Notes: generated from the letters alone by a model not told the origin. A stretch of DNA of 40,420 bases from Hyphomicrobium sp. (GCA_035538995.1 DATLJG010000026.1:1-40420); one strand, 5' to 3'. Shown: positions 8,408 through 18,034, numbered from the stretch's first letter. A program made the numbers and translations.

Positions 8408-11400
8408 TTATTCCGCGGCGAGCGGCAGCGGACGGTGCGTGGGAGGCGAGCGACCGGCGTGTGCGGACGAAACGGTATCCGGCTCGTCCCTTGGGCCGAT
8501 GAAACGCCCAAAAATGCGCTGCATCAGCCAGCCGAAGTCGTCCATCACGGTAAAGAACGAGGGAACGAAGATCAGGGACAGCATGGTGGACACCAGAAGT
8601 CCGCCGATGACTGCGATGGCCATAGGCGCGCGGAACTCGCCGCCGTCACCAAGGGCCAGGGCGCTCGGAAGCATGCCGGCAGCCATCGCCAGAGTGGTCA
8701 TGATGATGGGGCGCGCACGCTTGCGCCCGGCGTCAATAATGGCCTCGCGGCGCTCGACACCGTGTGCGATCTCCTCGATGGCGAAGTCGACCAGCATGAT
8801 CGCGTTCTTGGTGACGATGCCCATCAGCATCAGGAGCCCGATGTAGACCGGCATGCTGATCGCGTTGTCGGTCACCAGCAGGCTCAATGCCACGCCGCCG
8901 AAGGAGAGCGGCAATGACAATAGGATTGTGATCGGCTGGAAAACGCTTCCGAACAGTACGATCAGCAATCCGAGGACGATCAGAATGCCGGTGCCCATCG
9001 CGGTGATGAAGCCGTTCGCAACTTCGTCTTGAACTTCCGCATCGCCCGATGGCTGCAGCTTGACGCTTGCTGGCAAGTGCTGATCGTTGATCACTTGCAG
9101 GAAGCGTTCGCGAGCCACGCTGAGCGGCACACCGCGATCGAGATCGACGCCAACCACGGCACGGCGAAGGCGGTCATAGCGTTCGATGGAAGCTGGTCCG
9201 CGTCCGAACGAAACCGAGGCTACAGCGGTCAGCGGAATGGCTTTGCCGGCCATGTTCGTGACGCGCAGTTGCTCGAGCTGCTCCAGATCGGTGCGTGTTT
9301 CTTCATTGAGCTGCACGCGGATCGGGACTTGGCGATCACCGACAGTGTACTTCGCAAGATTGAAGTCCGCGTCTCCGATCGTCGCGACGCGGATGGTTTC
9401 GGAGATTTTTTCCGGAGCAACGCCAAGACGCGCTGCCGCATCGAGGCGTGGCACGACCTGAATTTCCGGCCGGTCGGTTGAGCCTGTGGCCGCGACGTTC
9501 CTGAAGCCGGGGACAGTGCGCAATGCGCCCTCGACCTTGCCGATGGCACGGTTGAGATCGTCACCGCTGCGCGACAGCATCGAGAACGACAGTTCGCGTT
9601 CGCCGCGTTCATTGATGTACCACGCGCGGCTGTCGGGAATGTCAGCGAGCTTGGCGGCAATGATCGACTGCAACTGCTTTTGCGTGAGAATTCTTTTCGT
9701 CTTCGGAACGAGCTGTACGAAAAGCGACGCGCGCCGGATGTCGAGCTGCCCGGTGGGGCTCGTGCCGCCGAGAACGAAGACCTGCGAGATTTCCGGAATC
9801 GTGTGGAGAAGTTTGACCATCTGATCGGTCTTCGTCTTGGTCATGTCGAGCTGAGTGCCCGGCGGCAGCTCGATCGCGACGACAACGCGAGACGTATCTT
9901 CATCAGGGACGAAGCCGGTCGGCAGCAGCGTCGTTGCGTAGATGGACGCAGAAAAAAGTGCGACGCCGGTGACGAGCGTGAAATAGCGCCAGCGCAAAGT
10001 GGCAGCGAGAAAGCGCGTGTAGAAGCGCATCAAAGCGCCGTCGACGTGCGGCTTTTCCTCGATGGGTCGCAACAGGTAGGCAGCCATCATCGGCGTGATG
10101 AGACGCGCCACCAGCAATGAAAACAGCACGGCGACCGCCACCGTCATGCCGAACTGCCGGAAGTATTGACCGGCGATGCCTCCCATGAACGACACTGGCG
10201 CAAAGATGGCAACGATCGTAAGCGTGATTGCGATGACCGCCAGCCCGATCTCGTCCGCCGCTTCGAGCGCGGCGCGATAGGGCGATTTCCCCATGTGCAT
10301 ATGGCGGACGATGTTCTCGATTTCGACGATGGCATCATCGACGAGAATACCCGTTGCCAGCGTGATGCCGAGAAGGCTGACGAGGTTGAGCGAGAAGCCC
10401 ATGGCGCTGATCGCCCAAAACGTCGGGATGGCGGCCAGCGGCAGCGCGATGGCCGAGATCAGCGTTGCGCGGAAATTCCGCAGGAAGATGAGGACAACCA
10501 GAACAGCGAGGACGGCGCCTTCGATGAGGGCCTCCATCGCTGCAACATAGTTGCCGCGCGTGTAGGAAACCGCGTCGTCGATCTTGGTCAGCTTGACGTC
10601 GGGATACGCCGCTTCGAGTTCCTTCAGCGATTCATTCACCGCATCCGACACGGAAAGCTCGCTGGTGCCTTTCGTTCTGAAGACCGAGAAGGACACGACG
10701 GGCCGCCCGTCGAGACGCCCGAAAGAACGTTGCTCGCTGGCGCCGTCAACGACAGTGCCGAGATCCCGGAGACGAACCTCGCGCCCGCCGGCAAGAATGA
10801 TCCTGGCATCGGCAAGAGCCGTGACACGGCGCGCGCCGGCAAGTGTGCGGATCGCTTGTTCCTGTCCGCCGACCTCACCGCGCCCCGAGCCGAGATCGAC
10901 GTTCGTAGCCGCCACTTGAGTATTCACTTCGGCGGCGGTGATGCCGTAGGCAAGGAGCTTGTCCGGATCAAGATTGACACGGATTTCGCGATCGACGCCG
11001 CCAAAGCGTTCGACACGCCCGACGCCCTTCGTCGCCTGCAAGCGGCGCTTGATGACGTCGTCGACGTGCCACGACAACTGTTCGAGTGTCATGCCCGGAG
11101 ACGTCGCCGCGAATGTCAGGATCGCTTGGCCTTCGACATCAATACGCTCGATGATCGGCTCGTCGATGGTGCGCGGAAGATCGCCTCGCACCTTGGCCAG
11201 GGCGTCCTTGACGTCGTTCAAGGCGCGATCGGTATCGGTTTCAAGCCGGAACTCGATGACGGTGGTCGAGGTGCCGTCTGTCAGCGTCGAGGTGATGTGC
11301 TTGACGCCGGTGATATTGGCGATTGAGTCCTCGACGACTTTCGTCACCTGCGTTTCGAGTTCCGCGGGCGCGGCCCCCGATTGCGTGATGATGATCGAGA

Positions 11401-11539
11401 CGAGCGGAATATCGATGTTCGGGAAGCGCGTCACCGGCAGCTGTTTGAAACTCAGCGTGCCAAGCAGCATCAGCACCGCGAACAGGACGATTGCGGGAAC
11501 CGGGCGCCGGATCGACCATGCGGAGACGTTGATGCGCAT
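8408..11539 (-). CDS. RND efflux permease (AcrB/AcrD/AcrF family)
   Basis: 1043 aa; starts SAWSIRRPV; proton-relay motifs GILVDDAIVEIEN, KNAIMLVD, RARPIIMT. Confidence 0.95.
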   Translation of the reverse strand: MRINVSAWSIRRPVPAIVLFAVLMLLGTLSFKQLPVTRFPNIDIPLVSIIITQSGAAPAELETQVTKVVEDSIANITGVKHITSTLTDGTSTTVIEFRLETDTDRALNDVKDALAKVRGDLPRTIDEPIIERIDVEGQAILTFAATSPGMTLEQLSWHVDDVIKRRLQATKGVGRVERFGGVDREIRVNLDPDKLLAYGITAAEVNTQVAATNVDLGSGRGEVGGQEQAIRTLAGARRVTALADARIILAGGREVRLRDLGTVVDGASEQRSFGRLDGRPVVSFSVFRTKGTSELSVSDAVNESLKELEAAYPDVKLTKIDDAVSYTRGNYVAAMEALIEGAVLAVLVVLIFLRNFRATLISAIALPLAAIPTFWAISAMGFSLNLVSLLGITLATGILVDDAIVEIENIVRHMHMGKSPYRAALEAADEIGLAVIAITLTIVAIFAPVSFMGGIAGQYFRQFGMTVAVAVLFSLLVARLITPMMAAYLLRPIEEKPHVDGALMRFYTRFLAATLRWRYFTLVTGVALFSASIYATTLLPTGFVPDEDTSRVVVAIELPPGTQLDMTKTKTDQMVKLLHTIPEISQVFVLGGTSPTGQLDIRRASLFVQLVPKTKRILTQKQLQSIIAAKLADIPDSRAWYINERGERELSFSMLSRSGDDLNRAIGKVEGALRTVPGFRNVAATGSTDRPEIQVVPRLDAAARLGVAPEKISETIRVATIGDADFNLAKYTVGDRQVPIRVQLNEETRTDLEQLEQLRVTNMAGKAIPLTAVASVSFGRGPASIERYDRLRRAVVGVDLDRGVPLSVARERFLQVINDQHLPASVKLQPSGDAEVQDEVANGFITAMGTGILIVLGLLIVLFGSVFQPITILLSLPLSFGGVALSLLVTDNAISMPVYIGLLMLMGIVTKNAIMLVDFAIEEIAHGVERREAIIDAGRKRARPIIMTTLAMAAGMLPSALALGDGGEFRAPMAIAVIGGLLVSTMLSLIFVPSFFTVMDDFGWLMQRIFGRFIGPRDEPDTVSSAHAGRSPPTHRPLPLAAE

Positions 11540-12753
11540 TATTTCGCCTCACTCAACGTCGCCTCAGGCAGAATTGGACGAACGACATCGCCGTCGCGCA
11601 GGAATGTCCCGGCGCGCGTAACGACGAAATCTCCTTCCTGAAGACCGTCTTTGATTTCGACGAGATCGCCGTCGGCCAGGCCGACGGTTACGACATGTTG
11701 CTTGACGGTCTTGTTGCGGACGACTTGGACCGAAGCCGTGCCATGATCGAACGTGACGGCAGATGACGGAACAGCCAGTCCATAGCTCCGCGCTGTTTCG
11801 ATATGGCCGCGCGCGTAGGTTCCGATGCGAAGCTGCGGCTTGGCTCCGAGAAAAATTTTGACCCGACCCAAACGTGTCGCTTTATCGACTTCAGGCGAAA
11901 CAAGCCGAACCGTGCCTTCGAACGTGCCGACCTCGGGCACCGTGACGGTTGCCTTCTGGCCGGGCTTCACGTTTTTCAGCTCTGTTTCGACGATTTCAGC
12001 GTCGAGTTCGATTTCGCCCCGCTGGATGATGCGAAACATCGGTTCGCCGATCGATGACGCCAACGCACCCATGCGCGCCGTGCGCTGGCTGATGATGCCA
12101 TCCTGAGGCGCGGTCACGTTCGTATTGCTGCGTCGCCATTCGATCTCGCGGCCCTGAGCTTCGACCTGGGCCTTCTCGGCCTTCGCCGCGGTTAGGCCGT
12201 CGCGCGCCGCGACAAGCTGGGCGGCCGTTGTGCGTGCCGCGCTTTCCCGCTGATCGTAAGTGGAGCCTGAAAGATAACCGGATTTCTTCAACGGCTTGGC
12301 GCGTTCGAGCTGCGCCGCTGCCTCTTTTGCCTGCGCTTCGGCTTGGGTGATCTGGCTTTCAGCTTGCGCGATGGCGGCATTGGAACGCGCCAAGTTGGCC
12401 TCGTTTTGTGCCAGCTGAGCATCGATCTGTTCGGACACCAGTCGCGCCAGCACCTGCCCTTTCTTGACGTGATCTCCCTCGTCGGCGAGGAGCTCAAGCA
12501 CCCGAAGGCCTTCGATCTCTGGAGAAACGAGAATCTCTTCGCGCGGAACCAGCGAGCCCGAAACAGAGGCGGTTTCGATGAAGTTCTCGTTCTTGGCTTT
12601 GAAAACGGTGATCGAAGGAGCCGCGACCGGCGTCGCAGCCTCCAGGCGTCCGGCCTGGATCGCAGCCTCATGTTGTTTCTGGACGTAGAAATGCCATCCC
12701 CCGGCAGCGACGCCGACGACAGCAAGTGCCGCCAAGAACTTTCTCCAAGTCAT
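11539..12753 (-). CDS. RND periplasmic adaptor subunit
   Basis: Start MTWRKFL at ATG 12753 overlapping the tetR stop; N-terminal TM, EGDHVKKGQVLARL, APQDGII, GLQEGDFVV. Confidence 0.92.
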   Translation of the reverse strand: MTWRKFLAALAVVGVAAGGWHFYVQKQHEAAIQAGRLEAATPVAAPSITVFKAKNENFIETASVSGSLVPREEILVSPEIEGLRVLELLADEGDHVKKGQVLARLVSEQIDAQLAQNEANLARSNAAIAQAESQITQAEAQAKEAAAQLERAKPLKKSGYLSGSTYDQRESAARTTAAQLVAARDGLTAAKAEKAQVEAQGREIEWRRSNTNVTAPQDGIISQRTARMGALASSIGEPMFRIIQRGEIELDAEIVETELKNVKPGQKATVTVPEVGTFEGTVRLVSPEVDKATRLGRVKIFLGAKPQLRIGTYARGHIETARSYGLAVPSSAVTFDHGTASVQVVRNKTVKQHVVTVGLADGDLVEIKDGLQEGDFVVTRAGTFLRDGDVVRPILPEATLSEAK

Positions 12754-13391
12754 CGGCGCACCTCGATAAGAGATGCTTCGTTGCGTTGAACGGTCGGTCC
12801 GGCTGGATGGAGCAGCGTCCCAAACATGTCGATCACGACGGGCAGGATCGAACGCATGTCTGTGCCGGGATGAATGGCGCGGCGCCAAAACAGGCCGTCG
12901 CCGATAATGCTGAAAACCTTGGCCAAGGTTGCGATGTCGACGGTCGGCGTGATGCGGCCTTCGTCCTTGAGCCTTTGAAAAAGAGCCTCGAAGCTCTCGG
13001 AACAGTACGTATCGACGCTCATGAAAATTTCGGCGATGCGCGGGTTGCGCGTCGCTTCGATGCCCATCTCGGCGACGAAACGTTGTTTCTCGGCCGACTC
13101 CTGCACGAAGTAGTGTTCGCCGATCGCCGCTAACGCTTCGAGGAAATTGGGGGCATCTGCAAGTGTGGCCAGGCGTTCCGCAAATTCCGCACGATCGCGT
13201 TCGCAAAGTCCGGCGATCAGCGCTTCCTTGCTGTCGAAATAAACGTAGAGAGCGCCAGGACTGATATGCGCCGCGCGGCAGATCGACTGCATCGTCGTCG
13301 CGTGAAATCCGCCACGAGCGAAGCAGGTCAATGCCGCATCGAGAATGTGCTCGCGTCTCGCGCGCTGGGTATCGGGCTTGAGTTTTGGCAT
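12750..13391 (-). CDS. TetR/AcrR family transcriptional regulator
   Basis: MPKLK...RREHILDAA..F...GF..TTM..IC....ISPGALYVYFDSKEAL helix-turn-helix. First gene of the efflux operon. Confidence 0.93.
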   Translation of the reverse strand: MPKLKPDTQRARREHILDAALTCFARGGFHATTMQSICRAAHISPGALYVYFDSKEALIAGLCERDRAEFAERLATLADAPNFLEALAAIGEHYFVQESAEKQRFVAEMGIEATRNPRIAEIFMSVDTYCSESFEALFQRLKDEGRITPTVDIATLAKVFSIIGDGLFWRRAIHPGTDMRSILPVVIDMFGTLLHPAGPTVQRNEASLIEVRR

Positions 13392-13421
13392 TTGGAAGAC
13401 ACGTGTTCCGGCAATAAATAG

Positions 13422-13445
13422 AAAAACGAATGCGCGTTCTGTTTG
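13422..13445. promoter_or_regulatory. Candidate TetR operator
   Basis: Imperfect palindrome AAAAC-GAATGCGCGTTC-TGTTT about 30 bp upstream of the tetR start. Confidence 0.45.
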
Positions 13446-13602
13446 TCGCGCAATTGCGGTGACGTCAAGGCGAATAGTTGTTCGTTTTGGGAGGGCGTGT
13501 CTGTCCCCTGCGTGACACCCGCCGGGTCCAAAAAATGCGGAATAACCGAAATGGAGGCCCCAGAAGCGGGAAAGGGAGTGCCGATGCAACCTGTGGATAG
13601 CA

Positions 13603-13642
13603 AGAGAGGAGCAGTAGGTCCCGCAGCCCACCGCTCCTCTCT
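13603..13642 (-). terminator. Long RNA hairpin (terminator-like or part of an sRNA)
   Basis: Minus strand AGAGAGGAGCGGTGGG-CTGCGGGA-CCTACTGCTCCTCTCT forms 16 bp with two G-U pairs that exist only on this strand. U tail is weak. Confidence 0.55.
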
Positions 13643-13929
13643 CAATCCGCGAGGCTGCATGAGCCGCGCGAAATTCCAAAGCTCAAGAGATCAGGTTCTG
13701 CGCCAGCCGCTCATCGTGGCGGGGCCGCGCTGCAGGGCCATAATAGGTACGAGAGCTATCGAGTCGTCCGCCGTTACGCCATTCACATTTCCTAGACTCA
13801 CCAGATGCAGGCATCGCCGACCTGTCGCGAAAGCCGCGAGCATCGGCTTTTCCATCGGATGTCGGATCATCTGGTGGCTTGCGCTCGAAGTTCAAGCAAT
13901 CCGGCGCGAGGATACAGAAAGAACGTCGA

Positions 13930-14238
13930 TCACGAGCGGCACGGCGTGCCAGTGAAGATGCAAACAGTTCCCGCACCGCCGCTGAGGCAACGTTCTTCGG
14001 TATTTTGCGCGCGGGCCCAACGGGCATAATCCGGGCCGAGCCCAGGAATAGACCGCACCTTTCTCCGCCACAGAGCCCGAGCTTTGACTTTGGCGAGCCA
14101 GACGTAACGAGCCTGTTCGCCGCGCGCCACAATCGATGTCTCCGAACAGGTATTGCCCGCTTGGACCGGGTATGAGGCAAGGAGAGCCGCCAAAAGGACG
14201 GAGACACCAAGACTCTTTCCGATCATGCTCTTGGCCAT
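13930..14238 (-). CDS. Small secreted hypothetical protein with four Cys
   Basis: Signal peptide ending VQA, basic mature part with 4 Cys and 3 Trp, GGGGA upstream. Start could be 14226. Confidence 0.65.
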   Translation of the reverse strand: MAKSMIGKSLGVSVLLAALLASYPVQAGNTCSETSIVARGEQARYVWLAKVKARALWRRKVRSIPGLGPDYARWARAQNTEERCLSGGAGTVCIFTGTPCRS

Positions 14239-14307
14239 CTTTTATTCTTCCCCTGCCTGTCGAACGACCTCTTGGCCGGCAACCCACCTGCACGATGAAC
14301 GTCTATA

Positions 14308-15171
14308 CTAGAACTGAAAAAGCACATTGAGGGTGCCGTAGGGCGACATATCGGGCGCTTTCCAGTCTTCGATCCGGCCGGACCACCCACCAGCGAGCGA
14401 AACCTCTCCGCCCGTCCATTCGTAGCGCACGAACAACCCGGCGCGGCCGTTCCATTCGCCGTCTGCCGTTTCGATGTTCTTGTCGTAGCGAAGCTCGGGA
14501 CCGATGGAGAGTTGCGGTTCGATCCGCCAGCCGGCACGCCATCGCGCCGACGTTTCATCGCGCGCCGTGGCGTAGCTGAGATCGAGCGATGTCCATGTTT
14601 GTTCGTTCAGATTCAGCCAGAGTTCGAGGACGCCTTTGGCTCCGACGTAGGTTCCGTCATCGTCGTTCTGAGGATCGACGACCAGATGGCGCTCATCGGA
14701 TAGGGAGGCACCGGCAAACGCTTTCGCGGTCAGCGCGCCGAGTCGCAAATAATAGCCGAGCAGCAGTTCAGCATAGGCGCGACTGACTTTGTAATGCTGT
14801 GTCGGACGATCCGTTTCCGTGCAGCGATCGTTCTTCGTTGCATCCCCGCACGGCTGCCGTGGAGCCAGTCCATCATAGCCGTATTGCCCGTAGCCGCCGC
14901 CGATGCGCAACCGCCAGCCGTCGCTGTAGATATCGCGGCTTGCCGGGGCGACGGTCAGGCCGGAATAAAAGAGCCATTGATCGTGGGCGACATCGACGCC
15001 AGCCCAGGTTTCGCGCCAGCCGTAGACCGGCACGTCAACATCGGCAGGAGGTACGTCGGTCAGCGGTTGCGCCGAGACATGATTTGCAGAAAAAAAGGAC
15101 GTCCCAGCGACGACCGCCCCCGCGATCGTCACGCTACGCCACCATTCCCCTACGCCCCAACGCGGCCACAT
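14308..15171 (-). CDS. Outer-membrane beta-barrel, cellulose biosynthesis protein BcsS-like
   Basis: Signal peptide, alternating aromatic/Gly strands (DGWRLRIGGGYGQYGY, LLLGY, G.KG.LELW, RAGW...LSIGPE, SPYGTLNVLFQF), terminal Phe. Start uncertain. Confidence 0.7.
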   Translation of the reverse strand: MWPRWGVGEWWRSVTIAGAVVAGTSFFSANHVSAQPLTDVPPADVDVPVYGWRETWAGVDVAHDQWLFYSGLTVAPASRDIYSDGWRLRIGGGYGQYGYDGLAPRQPCGDATKNDRCTETDRPTQHYKVSRAYAELLLGYYLRLGALTAKAFAGASLSDERHLVVDPQNDDDGTYVGAKGVLELWLNLNEQTWTSLDLSYATARDETSARWRAGWRIEPQLSIGPELRYDKNIETADGEWNGRAGLFVRYEWTGGEVSLAGGWSGRIEDWKAPDMSPYGTLNVLFQF

Positions 15172-15271
15172 CTGCGAACTCAAAAAATCGCAAACTAAAG
15201 GTACGCACGATGGCGCCCATAACGCCGGGGTTGCGCGTTATGGTCAAGGTGAACAAAGCGCGTTCAATTAA

Positions 15272-15283
15272 TGCAGCGCAGCA
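15272..15283 (+). promoter_or_regulatory. Candidate PhaR/AniA box
   Basis: TGCAGCGCAGCA fits the TGC-N3-GCA-type rhizobial PhaR motif (recalled consensus TGCRNYGCASMA). It lies upstream of a phasin-like gene. Confidence 0.4.
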
Positions 15284-15549
15284 GGAGTTTTTCATTTCCG
15301 GTGGGTGCAAAATTCTAAACGTCAGTGCAAGGCGCAGTGTTGATCTGTGTTACGGCGAACTTGAACGCCGCCCTTCTAAAATCCGTCACGCCGCTGCGCT
15401 ATATACACGTTCAGCGCACGCACCTGTGAAATGCAGTTCGAAGTGACCATGTTAGTTTGGCGGAAGCCGCGGGCGTGCCCAAAACCGCGTAAGAAAATTG
15501 CAAGCCAGCGAATGGCGGCAGAGCGTTTCGTGTCTGGGAGGACGCAGTA

Positions 15550-15972
15550 ATGATTATTGCGGAGCATGCTCCAAAAAATACTTCACCCTACTATTCGTAT
15601 TTTCAAATCCTGTTTGAAACGATCGACACCACGTCATTCTTTTGGCAGCCCTATCTGAGGGCTGTCGGAAGCAGCCAGCTTGAAGTCGCCGGTCTGCAAG
15701 CACGTCAGGCACAAGCGTTCGTCCGTTGGGCGCATCAGGTCATGCGGCCCGCCTCTCCAATGGATTTCGCGCAGGCCAACGCTCAGCTGTGGCAGGCAAT
15801 GCTTGATAACTGCGCCGAAGCGGCACCGCGCGTTGCGGCGGCAGCAAACTCCGTGACGCGCTCGACAACGTCGGCCGTGCTGACGCTCCCGGTACAGCAA
15901 TCACGGGATACGCTCATTCTTCTCGATCGCGAGGGCCCCGTTAACGTCGAGGCTGAACGCCGGGTCGCCTGA
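15550..15972 (+). CDS. Hypothetical protein, phasin-like
   Basis: GGGAGG SD upstream. Ala/Gln-rich amphipathic helices with SP.DF..AN..LW resembling the phasin (S..E....Q..F) pattern. Confidence 0.6.
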   Translation: MIIAEHAPKNTSPYYSYFQILFETIDTTSFFWQPYLRAVGSSQLEVAGLQARQAQAFVRWAHQVMRPASPMDFAQANAQLWQAMLDNCAEAAPRVAAAANSVTRSTTSAVLTLPVQQSRDTLILLDREGPVNVEAERRVA

Positions 15973-16053
15973 CCCTGCTTCGTACCCCACGACTTTCGAC
16001 GCGAAGCGAGAGCGCATGAGACCCGGTCGAGGGGCTTGTGCGCTCGGGGATTT

Positions 16054-16608
16054 TCATTTGAGATCGTCCAAAGCCTCGCCGAACCCTTTCAGCGAAATCG
16101 GGATGCCGATGCCGGCTTCCTCGGTTTGGAAGATGATGAAGATCGCCGTCTTGCCGGTCTTAAGCCGTTCGACCAGCGCGTCGTCGGCCACCACCTGAGC
16201 GTAGCACGCGAAGCTGTGACACCGCAGAAATGGCGCGTGGCCGACGTCCTTGTCGTCGATCTTGAGACCCAGCCCCGGCGGTAGCAGCACGCCCAACGGC
16301 GCGAATACGCGGAGCACGCGCGTCCCATTTGAAAATTTCTGAAAGTAGACGGTCAGGCCGATGTTGTTCTTATCCTCGGCCGTAACACTCTGCACGAGGG
16401 CGCAGACGGCGTGCTTCGAGCCTGGGGGCGGATCCTTGCAGACCACCTGCCAGTCGCCGTGTTGGGATTTGACCGTCCCTTCCGGCGCGTCGACCGCGAG
16501 GGCCGGTTGCGGCGCGACCATCGCCAGAACCAATTGTGCAGCTGCGAACAACATCGCGGCCGTGAGCAAGGAAGCGCGTTGGCCGATCGCGTTGCCTCGC
16601 TTTTCCAA
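16054..16608 (-). CDS. Invasion associated locus B (IalB) family protein
   Basis: HGDWQVVC, C.LVQ, PLGVLLPPGLGLKID, F.RC....CYA, ISLKGF. Usual position divergent from ctaC. Start uncertain (TTG 16608 or ATG 16554). Confidence 0.85.
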   Translation of the reverse strand: MEKRGNAIGQRASLLTAAMLFAAAQLVLAMVAPQPALAVDAPEGTVKSQHGDWQVVCKDPPPGSKHAVCALVQSVTAEDKNNIGLTVYFQKFSNGTRVLRVFAPLGVLLPPGLGLKIDDKDVGHAPFLRCHSFACYAQVVADDALVERLKTGKTAIFIIFQTEEAGIGIPISLKGFGEALDDLK

Positions 16609-16803
16609 TAGGGGCGAACGCAAGCCTTGGGGTCGGAAAGATCGTCGGGAAGCTGGCAAGTGGGTGTCCTTGCTTTTACGGGATGTCCGCAGAATTGGAG
16701 TCTTGGAGGAACGGGACGCCGCTACGTCGGCCAGGAATTCGGCCGAATTCTGTTCCTGCAACCAACCTCTTCTTTCCGCATGGCACACTGATTCGCATAT
16801 CGG

Positions 16804-16834
16804 TGTGCGTCGTTTCGCGAATAAATGACGCACA
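16804..16834. promoter_or_regulatory. Inverted repeat containing a RegA/RegR-like box upstream of the cox operon
   Basis: TGTGCGTCGTTT-N7-AAATGACGCACA (11/12 match). GCGAA-N5-GACGC at 16817-16831 against GCGNC-N5-GNCGC. Confidence 0.4.
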
Positions 16835-17045
16835 AACTTGACTTGAGTCTTTCGAAGCGCTTGTGCTCTGTATCAACCTGCCTTAGCAGGTGTGACGAAG
16901 CCATGTTGCGCATCCACGAAGGCATTCTCGGTCGGGAAACCGGGCAATAATCAACGGGGAATGGTGCGCTGGTTTTTCGGCGTATCAAGATAATGGGAGA
17001 CTGTCGGATCGGCTGGAGCCGGCTCGACAAATTGGGAGCGAAGGA

Positions 17046-18023
17046 ATGTCTAAGAGGATGTTTGGCGCGCTCGCCATAATGGCGGGTGCTTGCCTAGCGG
17101 CGGCATTTGGCGACTTGACCCCGGCGCTCGCCGCCCTTGGGCAGCCAACGAATGGGGAGTTGAGCCTTCAGTCCTCCGCAACGACGATCATGGATCAGAT
17201 CACCACCCTGTTCCGGACGGTCAATTCGATCCTCGTCATTATCGTCCTCTTCGTTCTCGTTCTGATGCTTTGGGTGATCTATCGCTTCAACGAGAAGAGA
17301 AATCCGGTTCCGTCGCGCACGACGCACCACACGATGCTTGAGGTTGCCTGGACGATCGTCCCGATCCTCATTCTCGTAGGGATCGCAATCCCGTCGTTCC
17401 ATCTGCTCTTCAATCAGTACTCGTTTCCGAAGCCCGACGTGACGATCAAGGTGACGGGCAACGCCTGGTTCTGGGAGCACGAGTACCTGGACGACAAGTT
17501 CACCGTCACGACCAATATGGTCAATGACGAAGATGTGCTGCGCGCCAAGATCGGCGACGACGCCTTCGAGAAGAAATATGGCGCTCTGAGCGGTGTCGCG
17601 TTGACCGAGGCCCTCTATAAGGATTCGCTGCCGGTCTGGGCCGAAGATCACAAGTTGCGCCGCCTCGCGGTCGATCAGGAAATTGCGGTTCCCGTGAATA
17701 AGGTCGTCGACCTTCTTGTGACCTCCAACGACGTCATCCACTCGTGGACGATCCCGTCCTTCGGCGTGAAGATGCAGGCTGTGCCGGGTCGCACCTCGGC
17801 GGTCTGGTTCAAGGCGACGAAGCTCGGCACGTTCCACGGACAGTGCTCGGTGCTTTGCGGTAAGCTGCATTCGGCCATGCCGATCGTCGTTCGCGTCGTC
17901 GACCAGCCGGTCTACGATGAATGGATAACGGCGATGAAGGCGAAGGACAGAAAGAAGGCGCAGAAAATCTTGGATGACGATGCGGCCGCGCATGCCAATC
18001 AGGCGGTAGCGACGGCGCAATAG
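17046..18023 (+). CDS. ctaC: Cytochrome c oxidase (aa3) subunit II
   Basis: GGGAG SD, signal peptide, two TMs, LEVAWT, DVIHSW, CuA motif [12 protein letters not shown]. Confidence 0.96.
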   Translation: MSKRMFGALAIMAGACLAAAFGDLTPALAALGQPTNGELSLQSSATTIMDQITTLFRTVNSILVIIVLFVLVLMLWVIYRFNEKRNPVPSRTTHHTMLEVAWTIVPILILVGIAIPSFHLLFNQYSFPKPDVTIKVTGNAWFWEHEYLDDKFTVTTNMVNDEDVLRAKIGDDAFEKKYGALSGVALTEALYKDSLPVWAEDHKLRRLAVDQEIAVPVNKVVDLLVTSNDVIHSWTIPSFGVKMQAVPGRTSAVWFKATKLGTFHGQCSVLCGKLHSAMPIVVRVVDQPVYDEWITAMKAKDRKKAQKILDDDAAAHANQAVATAQ

Positions 18024-18034
18024 TCATTCCGCAG

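Noticed and set aside
8408-13391. RND operon lacking an outer-membrane factor
   Set aside because: Common arrangement; TolC is usually shared from another locus.
12754-13679. Long N-terminal extensions of the MFP (to 13206) and TetR (to 13679) in the ORF track
   Set aside because: Family-typical starts lie at 12753 and 13391. The extensions overlap the neighbouring gene or promoter.
13443-14210. 170-aa plus-strand ORF and 175-aa minus-strand ORF in the tetR upstream region
   Set aside because: Arg/Ser-rich composition, atypical codons, no motif, and they cross a strong RNA hairpin or another gene.
16781-16797. TGGCAC as a sigma54 promoter for the cox operon
   Set aside because: The GC element is one base off the strict -24/-12 spacing.
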